A stretch of 64,000 nt of DNA from Octopus vulgaris (Eukaryota). Positions within the stretch are counted from its first letter, which is position 1. Each line of letters begins with the position of its first letter. The stretch covers positions 38,130,001 through 38,194,000 of the forward strand of contig OX597831.1 in the NCBI GenBank assembly GCA_951406725.2, given 5' to 3'. Below, piece by piece: positions 54,227 to 64,000 of this stretch. Below the pieces are notes generated by a model. That model had not been told where the DNA came from. It was given only the letters and a program-made list of their open reading frames with translations, and did no database searches. Made by a program: the position numbers and the translations under genes.

Positions 54227-54795
54227 GACGGTGAGCTGGCAGAATCGTTAGCACGTCGGTTGAAACGCTTAGCGATACTTCGTCTCTCTTTACGTTCTTA
54301 GTTCAAATTCCGCCGAGGTAAACTTTGCCTTTCATCCTTTCCGGATCGATAAATTACGTACCAGTTACTCACTGGAGTCGATATAATCGACTTAATCTGT
54401 TTGTCTGTCCTCTATGTTTAGCCCCTTCTGGGTAGTAAAGGAATAGATATTTCGTCTGCTGTTACGTTCTGAGTTCAAATTCCGCCAAGGTCGACTTTGC
54501 TTTTCATCATTTCGGGGTCGATAAATTAAGTACCAGTTGCATACTGGGGTCGGTCTAATCCCATAAATATTTCGAGCTTTGTGCCTAGAGTAGAAAGGAA
54601 ACGTTAGCACGCCGAGACAAATGCTTAGGGCTATTTCGTCCGTCTTTATGTTTTGAGTTCAAATTCCGCCGAGGTCGAATTTACCTTTCATCCTTTCGGG
54701 TTCGATAAATTAAGTACCACTTGCATACTGAGGTCGATCTAACCGACTAGCCCCTTCCCTAGATTTTCGGGCATTGTGCCTAGAGTAGAAAAAAA
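54227..54795 (+). mobile_element. Tandem trimer of SINE family A
   Basis: Three successive gttcaaattccgcc..gtcgataaattaagtacc cores with different tail types. Confidence 0.9.
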
Positions 54796-55230
54796 TTAAC
54801 TTCCGATATTATTAATTGTATTACCTTTAAGGTGTTAACAAATTAAATGTTAGCGGCCATTTTCAAAATTGTGGTGAAAATACCGATAGCTTGTCCGAAG
54901 TAGTTTCTTGTTCAGAGTTGAGTTTTTGCTGATGAACTGTATTTGATTCTAGTTTCAGAACCGATTCAGTGATAGATCAGGCTAACTGGATTTAGTTATT
55001 TTACAAATTGCGCAATATTTACCTAACATGCATAAATAAAATAGATTTGGTATTCTAATTATGTATAAGAGACCTATAAGCGCATTCCAGGTTATTTAGA
55101 GAATTTCAATATAAAACGGAGGAAAGAAAGACATAATAACTCAATTTTCGTACCACAATTACCTCAAAATGTTGCAATGTCCAGTTAACCCATTTTAATA
55201 TTAAGGCAACGCTGTATGTATGTATGTATG

Positions 55231-55366
<136 letters not shown>

Positions 55367-55453
55367 CATATATATATATATGAATATAAATATACATACA
55401 TATATATATATTTATATACACACACACACATATATATACATATATACTTATAC

Positions 55454-55484
<31 letters not shown>

Positions 55485-55779
55485 CATGTAAGGGTATGTG
55501 TGCATGCATGCATGTGTCTATATACGTATAAACATGTATATATGTTTGTTTGTTTGTGACCGTATATGTATATATATTGTATCTAGACACATACACAACG
55601 TGCATACACACATAAAAATACGTATAAGAAGATGTGTGCAGGTGTATATCATTTGTGTTTCTTATGAAAGCCGCTTCATGTTTCCTTTTGTTTTATTTGT
55701 TGTATTTTTGTTGTAATAGCTTTCTATATTGTGGAACAATATGACGGACGTAGACTTTATTTTTATTTTATATTATTTA

Positions 55780-56082
55780 GGCGCCCTTTTCAAGCCTAGC
55801 CAGGCTCATGGGCCCGGTTTCAAGGGTTTCTGTGGTGTATGTTTTCCCCCCGCCAGCTGGACGGGACGCCAGTCCATCGCAGCGATACTCAAGAAGCAGG
55901 AAGAAAGAATGAGAGAAAGTTGGGGGCTAAAGAGTGCAATAGGGATCGCTACCATTCCCTGCGTAGCCTCGTGGAGCTTTTCGGTGTTTTCGCCCAATAA
56001 ACACAACGCCGAATCTGGGAATCGAAACCGCGATCCACCGACCGCGTGTTCGCTGCCCTAACCACTGGACTATTGCGCCTCT
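55780..56082 (-). mobile_element. SINE family B copy
   Basis: ..gggaatcgaaaccgcgatcc..ctgccctaaccactggactattgcgcct. Confidence 0.85.
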
Positions 56083-56981
56083 ACGTCGTAGACTTTACTG
56101 TTGAAAAATAAAATTTTATCTATAAATTTATACGTCATCTGTGACGTGGGTCTATACATTTCTTGGAACATTTCGCAACTATATTTATTTTCGAATTGTG
56201 CTATATTACGTATTATGCGTCCTTCACTCTGTATTAATTTTGTGGTTAACCTTACATTTCATGTTAGTATTATCAACTACTGTTTCCCATTTCTATTTGA
56301 TAGGTACCTGTATTTCATTTTAATTGCTGATTGCTTTATTGTTCTGTTGTTTATACAAGAGGACGTTCAACTTGTATAGCAAATCTTAATATTCGGTGTA
56401 ATGAAGATGATAAGCTTCAAGTCTACAATTGAAATTAGTACATGCGTCGTACATTTGTAAATTCTTCGCGGTTCAGCGTGTATATGGCTTCCTGTTGATA
56501 AGGAGGTCTGTGATTATATAATATGTGCAATATATCGGTGGTAGTTTATGATAGACACGATGTATTGTATATGCTAATTTATCGGATTTCTGATAATATG
56601 TTTGTCTCCTCTATTCTTAATATGCATTCAATTCATAATAATACAATTTATGTTTGAATTGAGTATTTTTAATGGCGGTTACGCCTGTTGTAAGCTTTGT
56701 ATGGCATTTGTGCATATACTATTCAGTGGTATATAGAAACAGACATATGCATAAGTACATAGATTAATGCACACGTATATGACATGAAGATATGCATGAA
56801 TTCGAAATACGAAAGTAGAAAAACAGCCAACAACTGATGATGGGTCGTTCTTTATATTGTCTGTCTTGTTTTCTATTTGTGTTTTTCATTGTTCGAAACA
56901 TAGTTCATATTTCATGTGCTTGAACTTCCGTATTTTTTGATGTTGCACACGTTTAATGACATCTGTTGCTCACATATGCAA

Positions 56982-57039
<58 letters not shown>

Positions 57040-57041
<2 letters not shown>

Positions 57042-57246
57042 AGCAAAACAATTAAGATTCAAATGAATTCAAATGAACATGGTACTTAACTTAGATGCAC
57101 CAGAATTCTTTATGGTGTTAACCATAAAATTATGTGGGGTGATTGTAACCAAGAAAAAAGCAACAATAATGGATCGGTAGTTTAGTACAATTGTTTCGAA
57201 ACAATTGTACTAAACAACCGATCCATCATTGTTGCTTTTTTCTTGG

Positions 57247-57249
<3 letters not shown>
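57040..57249. mobile_element. Fold-back mini-element: tail plus 52-bp spacerless palindrome within (TA)n
   Basis: Arms 57146-57197 and 57198-57249 (two mismatches), axis gtttc|gaaac. Each arm begins GAAAC-AATT-GTA, the 3' half of a hammerhead. Confidence 0.85.
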
Positions 57250-57323
<74 letters not shown>

Positions 57324-58010
57324 CATATATATATATGTATATATATATACACATATATATAAATATATACATATATATATACGTATAGATATAAGTATGT
57401 AGATATACGTAAGTATAAAAGCATATATATATATATATAACGTAATTGTGAATGCAAAATTTTGAGGAGGCAGTGGTAAATAAAACACCCGTTTCACGTT
57501 ATAGGTATTCAAATGAAAATTTAGATAGCGTTAGGTATATGTATATATATGTGTGTGTGTGCATGTAGGTATGTAGATATGTATATATATATGTATATGT
57601 GTATTTGTCTTTGTGGGTGTATGTGTGTGTAAGTATGTGTTTAATTGGAATCGAACACCTACGTTCACAAGGTAAGTATACTATCTACTAACATGTAGGA
57701 TTTAGCTTAACCATCAACAACGGTGTAGTCAAAGCTCTTGACCTTCAGTTCCAAGCAAAACTAGCTTGCTAGAATATGGATTTCACTGGCTATAGGTGGT
57801 TATTTCTCCTCTCAATTCATAGAATGTGTTTTTTGTGGGTATAAGGAGCTTCGGCTCTTGTTTCTACTAACGATCCATGCGCTACCCTGCATCATTAGTC
57901 ACTATGAGCAACAATAGAATGTTTTTCTCTTTTATATTGCCTCTAGCAATCTTCGTTGTTATATATGTGTGTGTGTGTGTGTGCGTGTGTGTGTATGATT
58001 GTGCGTGTGG

Positions 58011-58297
58011 GGGCACATGGCCTAGTGGTTAGAGAAGCGGACACGCGGCCGAGGGATCGCTATTTCGATTCTCAGACCGGGTGATGTGTGTGCTTATGAG
58101 CGAAACATCTAAGCCTCACGCGGCTCCGGCAGAAGGTAATGGCGAACCTCTGCTGGTTCTTTCACCACAACTCTCTCTCACTTTTTTCTCCTGCATCTTG
58201 CAGCTCACCTGCGACGGAACGGTGTCCCGTCCAATAGGGGAACCTATACGGCAAGTAAACCGGGAAACCGACCGTATGAGACAGGCGTGGTTGGAGA
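58011..58297 (+). mobile_element. SINE family B variant
   Basis: gggcacatggcctagtggttagagaagcggacacgcggccgagggatcgc..ctcagaccggg. Confidence 0.85.
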
Positions 58298-58318
58298 AGG
58301 AACAAATAATATATATAT

Positions 58319-58460
<142 letters not shown>

Positions 58461-58789
58461 GAATAAAAAATGGAGTTAACGCAGGTTTAAACAAGTATTT
58501 TTACTTTCTACACATGTTTCGAAAATTCCACTGATACTATTCAAAAGAATAAATAGTATAAACAATGCAATCTTCTCTTCGGGAAAGTGAAAAAAACGAA
58601 ACTCGTCAATACGACATTTTAGCAAAAAATGATGGATTTGTATAGCGATAGACAGAACGCTATTAATATTGTTTAAAAAAACGTTATATGATATAACGTC
58701 ATAAGTAGCTAACAGAAAGAGTAGGGATATTAATAGTGAATGTTAAATATAAAGGAAATTAAAGTTTAAATTATATATAATGATAGAGA

Positions 58790-59329
58790 CTACTTATATG
58801 CACTAAATGTATGTTTCTGCCAATGCTTACATCTGTATGCTCGTTCTATAACCGTGTTTACTAGAGTATTTTTAGAAAAAATAATGAAAAATAGCTCAGA
58901 ATTGCAGAGAAGACAGAATTTCTTGCCTTTGTCATATGGTATCGAAATTGAGAGGATCAACCATTCTAAATGAAATTGTTCATTGTGGTCTTTTAAATCC
59001 CAAATCAGTTTGCTGAGACCGGTACTATTCCGTTTATTTCTATCCCTAAATGTTGAGTAATGGATAGAAATTATTTTAGATAACTCTAACGATGTGCTTC
59101 CAATGTAAAATCGTACTTTATTACGAGTACTGATTATACACTGGTATATAGAATTTTTAATCTTAGAGTTACTTGACATAAATTTAATTCTATTGGAATT
59201 GACTTCATATACAATAACCTTGTTATTAATATTTCTAGAGGGTTGGATGGTATTAGCTAAATTAATGTTAGTATTAGTAAATGTATTAATATTTAACAGC
59301 TTGTTATTATGAGAGGATATAATTTGCAA
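58790..59329 (-). CDS. Penelope-like GIY-YIG endonuclease domain (open frame, 5'-truncated)
   Basis: IYQCIIS..FYIGSTS..H..TF..TGLSKLIWDLK..W.IL..PYDKGKKFCLLCNSE. Confidence 0.85.
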   Translation of the reverse strand: MQIISSHNNKLLNINTFTNTNINLANTIQPSRNINNKVIVYEVNSNRIKFMSSNSKIKNSIYQCIISTRNKVRFYIGSTSLELSKIISIHYSTFRDRNKRNSTGLSKLIWDLKDHNEQFHLEWLILSISIPYDKGKKFCLLCNSELFFIIFSKNTLVNTVIERAYRCKHWQKHTFSAYK

Positions 59330-59641
59330 GAGATTTTTTGTGTTTGAAAAACCTATCCTGACCTTAATTCACATAAGGTTATAGAACGAGTATACAGATG
59401 TAAGCATTGGCAGAAACATACATTTAGTGCATATAAGTAGTCTCTATCATTATATATAATTTAAACTTTAATTTCCTTTATATTTAACATTCACTATTAA
59501 TATCCCTACTCTTTCTGTTAGCTACTTATGACGTTATATCATATAACGTGTTTTTAAACTATATTAATAGCGTTCTGTCTATCGCTATACAAATCCATCA
59601 TTTTTTGCTAAAATGTCGTATTGACGAGTTTCGTTTTTTTC

Positions 59642-59727
59642 ACTTTCCCGAAGAGAAGATTGCATTGTTTATACCATTTATTCTTTTGAATAGTATCAGT
59701 GGAATTTTCGAAACATGTGTAGAAAGT
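59642..59727 (+). ncRNA. Hammerhead ribozyme in the pLTR, core variant CCGAAGA
   Basis: actttc-CCGAAGA-long stem II (gaaga..tactatt/aatagta-type..ttttc)-GAAAC-atgt-GTA-gaaagt. Confidence 0.75.
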
Positions 59728-59925
59728 AAAAATACTTGTTTAAACCTGCGTTAACTCCATTTTTTATTCATATTATTCAAAATATTCAACGTAAACACGA
59801 AGTTTCAACCTTTATAAACAAGGAGATACAACATCTTTACTTGTGAGATTTTTGCTGCCCTGGTAACTATTTATTTTTTTCCGTGTTAATTGTTAACAAG
59901 GTAAAAATACACTCATCTATTTATA

Positions 59926-60005
<80 letters not shown>

Positions 60006-60162
60006 GTAGATAAATATATCGGTGCAAGAGATTTTGATGAAAACATTCTATCCCCAAAAAATCCTGTCAAATACAAGTTCAAACGTCAGTGTAGTGGTGT
60101 TTGGGTTTGAGCTATTGATACTAACTGACAATCGAACGACATCTACTACACACAGCAGAAAT

Positions 60163-60197
<35 letters not shown>

Positions 60198-60919
60198 CCT
60201 TATGTTCGTAGAATATAGCTACTCAGCTGATATGAAAAGTTTCACCAAAAATAAAGATATTCATGGACAACATTTTGCGAACAAAATCTTCAATTCTGAT
60301 TATATATTCACACTTATCCCAATAGTTATTCATGTATTTACTCAAGTTAGCAAATATCTTTGCAGCATGCGAGAAAAACATGCAATTTCAGGTAACGGGG
60401 AAGGTGTAACAAGCAAAGGCTAGGTCTAGAAATACATTCTAAAAGGGGAAGAGTAAAAATATATAAACGTTTCCTAAAGTTAGTCATGATACACCATTAT
60501 TAATATCATAATGCCAGCGATGAAGCTTGGTACTTAGTCAGATAGCCGTTCGTTTCTTATAACAAGAATTTTAAATAGACAAAGAAAATTGTATATTTAT
60601 ATAGATATGTTTGTATATATGTATATATTGATATAAGTTTTGTTTTTGAAGCGTTGAAATGTAAGGTAGATTAAGTAGAAAGATAATTTTTGTTTCAACA
60701 CGCAATTACTGAGCAGAATATATATGATGAAATCCTTTTCAAGAGAAGGTTGGTTTGCCGGAAATTTTTTGTGCTCTTTATGTATACTGTTCAGTATTTA
60801 TGTGTTGAAAAACAAATATATCTTTCTACTATATATATATATATATATGTAGATAGATAGACTTCCTGATAGATAGATAGAGTAGATAGATAGATAGCCA
60901 ATCTATGATACACAAATAG

Positions 60920-61878
60920 ATATATGGTGTGCACAGGGCACTTTTGATGGGACCACTGCATAGTGGCCCTATCCCAGATATGCCTTCAAATGCCCGGATA
61001 AACTCTGGTAAGATATGCAGACGATACGAAAGTCTCGCAGAAAATACAGAACACCAGCAATGTTGCACACCTGCAGCAGGAGTTGGACTCAATCTACAGA
61101 TAGGCTGAGGATAATAATATGCAGTTTAATGCTGAAAGATCCCAGGCCCTGCGCTACTAGCATCCAAAATTGAACATTAAACTTACAGGATGCACCGGTC
61201 CACAGGGAATTTCAATCCCAGAGCGTAAGTCTGTGAGCGACCTGGGTATTGACATGAGTGAGGATACCTCTTTCCAAGAGCACATTACCAGGATGGCAAC
61301 AAAGTGCAGACGACTGACTGGGTGACATTAAGAACCAGAGATAAGGAAACCATGATCGTCCTCAGCCGCCTGGATTACTGCTCACAGCTATGGTCACCCA
61401 CCAGTGTGGAATTAACAGCAGACCTTGAAGCAATCCAGAGAAGATTCACAAAGAAGATCGTCTCTTTGCAACAGCTCAGCTACTGGGAAAGGTTGAAACA
61501 GCTAAGACTCTACTCCCTGGAGAGCAGATGGGAGAGGTATGCAGTAATATATGTCTGGAAGATCCTGGAAGGAATCGTGCCAAATTTTGGCATTGTAAGC
61601 TACACCAATGCTAGAACGGGACGACACTGCATAGTGCCAAAGATCCCAGCAATGCCATCACGCTTCAGGACCAGCTTCTGTAACAGCCCGGGTTTCAAGG
61701 GCCCACAGCTTTTTAATATTCTCCCAAAGAGTCTGAGGAAATTGTACAAAGTAGATGTAGCGATGTTTTAAATCAAAGTTGGACATCTTCCTGTCGAGAG
61801 TCCCAGATGAATACCTCACGGGAAGAGGTGCAAATGAGAGTAGCTGTGATCAAACTCCATTTTTCACCAAGTGCCAAA
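60920..61878 (+). mobile_element. CR1-like LINE 3' fragment (RT)
   Basis: YADDTKV..LQQELD..W..NNMQFN..DLGI..SRLDYCSQLWSP..LEAIQRRFTK..SYWERLKQLRLYSLE. Confidence 0.9.
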
Positions 61879-61967
61879 GTTTGCCGGAAAAGTTTTGTGT
61901 TCTTTATGTATACTGTTCAGTATTTATGTGTTGAAAAACAAATATATAATTCTACTTGTTATATATT

Positions 61968-62000
<33 letters not shown>

Positions 62001-62019
62001 AACCCTACACGGTTGCTTT

Positions 62020-62245
62020 CATTCTCTCTGTATATTTCCACTTATTTCTTCCTTTCTGTCGAAGAGCATAGACTCGAAACGTAAAAGAATATTTCATTTT
62101 CCCCGAGCGTGAAACTATGACATTTGCTTGTTGTTCATACAACTGGCTTCGTCTTTTGTTTTTCTATAAATTACAACGACATACACACACAGAGACATAT
62201 ATGGACACTCACAGAAATATATATATACATATATTCACATACGTG

Positions 62246-62312
<67 letters not shown>

Positions 62313-62318
62313 TATATA

Positions 62319-62376
<58 letters not shown>

Positions 62377-62570
62377 CATACATACACGCATATATTGTAA
62401 ATACAAAACAAGCACAAAAACAACAAGGCGAGGACGTGGTACATGTAAAGTATTAGCAAACGCTTAGGGAAGGAAAGACAGATGGTTTAACGTTTCGAGC
62501 ACAGCTCTTCTTCAGAAACAGAGGAAAGTCCTATGGAGGAGGATGATAAAGGAAGAAAACCCCGAACGAT
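62020..62570. mobile_element. Two related hammerhead-bearing PLE-like mini-elements converging on a (TA)n tract
   Basis: Plus 62052-62087 reads cttt-CTGTCGA-a-gagc(atag)actc-GAAAC-GTA-aaag. Minus 62485-62519 reads gttt-CTGAAGA-a-gagc(tgt)gctc-GAAAC-GTT-aaac. Confidence 0.8.
62485..62519 (-). ncRNA. Minimal type-I hammerhead ribozyme with a canonical core
   Basis: Stem I gttt/aaac, CUGAAGA, stem II gagc/gctc, GAAAC-GUU with a loopless palindromic stem III (AACGTT). Confidence 0.8.
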
Positions 62571-62831
62571 ATAAATATGTATATCAGACCCCTATTTTTG
62601 AGTAAATAAGCGAGTAAACAGTGCTGACTATGTATGTTTTAGAAATATTGTTAGCACCCCACTATGCACATATTTGTCTACAAATACACACCCACACATG
62701 CATATATATATAGATAGATATACATATATATGTGTGTGTATAAATCTATATACGTATGCATATGTATATATATATATATATATATGTATGTATACATATA
62801 TTCATATGTGTATATATGTGTGTATAAAACT

Positions 62832-62887
<56 letters not shown>

Positions 62888-63480
62888 TATATATCATATA
62901 TACATGTATATAATATATATAATATACATAATGTTTACATGTATATATGTATATATATATATAATATGTATATATATATGTATATATATAGAAAGACAGA
63001 GTGTGTGAGAGAAAGCGTAGGGGGAAAACGTAGACAGCGAAGGTGGAATGAGTCAGTGAGAGGAAATAAATTCTATTTTGTAATATCTTATTATCTTTCA
63101 GTGAATGAATTTCTTTTAAACTGCTGTCATTGTAAATACGAGGAGGTCTTTCTAATCTAAGTTAAATGTGTGAAGATAGTTACAATAGAATCTTGTTTAA
63201 CTGTCTCCTAAGATGATGTTGTTGCGAGTCGAGGAAAGAAATAATGAATTAATAATGCTGTTTCTACACTACTTCAAATGCTAATAGGAAATTTGGCTTG
63301 CGAGTTTTTAGAATCCCCAAATGCAGAATAATCACTAATATTATATCAAACTACATTGCTATTAGATTTCGTTTATAAATATATGCGTACACACAATCAT
63401 ACATACATACATACATACATACATACATACATACATACATACATACATACATACATACATGCATGCATACATACACACAG

Positions 63481-63514
<34 letters not shown>

Positions 63515-63614
63515 TTTTTTTTTTAGAGAAAGATACAAAGATACGAAGAGAAACGTAGATAAACAGACAGATATACATATATGCATATATACCTATATAC
63601 ACACATATTTACTC

Positions 63615-63678
<64 letters not shown>

Positions 63679-64000
63679 CTGTGTATACGCACATATATAG
63701 ACATACACGTATAAACATATACAGATTCACACACATTTATGTGTGTATACATCTATGTATGAATGTAAAATGCCGGCAGTATAAATACAAGATAGAAATA
63801 TATGACAGTTCTGACATCAGACTGAGAGGATTTGTCTTCCAAACCAATATTCTCGTGATAACGGTGGACGTGCCTAATGTTATAGGGGCCAATTTGCCAA
63901 CGACCTCATAAAACGACTCAAAGATTCTGGGAGTATAAAAATCAACAATGGTGGTGTTGTGCGGTATGCTGGTGGTGTAGGTGTTGGTTGAGATATTGTT

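Noticed and set aside
56830-56910. CTGATGA..CGAAAC in a TA-flanked segment
   Set aside because: The intervening U-rich sequence does not form stem II, and no stem I is visible.

Overview
AT-rich, repeat-saturated eukaryotic DNA with dense (TA)n, (CA)n, (GATA)n, (AAT)n and (CAT)n microsatellites. The SINE families and repeat landscape look like an octopod cephalopod (Octopus-like), which is an inference. I find no intact host protein-coding gene, and almost all listed ORFs are microsatellite translations. Recognisable content: at least four tRNA-derived SINE families; decayed mariner, maT and Tigger DNA transposons, including a full-length Hsmar1-like mariner at 43592-44813; non-LTR retroelement fragments (R4/Dong-like with a restriction-like endonuclease, Tx1-like, RTE, CR1-like); and Penelope-like elements (PLEs) with a GIY-YIG endonuclease. 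The main signal is about ten type-I hammerhead ribozyme motifs (intact, variant or partial) from several unrelated sequence families. Most have short, self-complementary stem III (dimer-type), and stem I covaries between paralogues. Several of them sit in a recurrent architecture of (TA)n, fold-back palindrome, unique tail, (TA)n, with arms of 33-397 bp and the axis often at the ribozyme. Retroelement classes also partition by microsatellite: PLEs in TA, Dong/R4 in AAT, Tx1-like in GATA. A possible decayed CUB-domain exon pair lies at about 28.5-28.7 kb.
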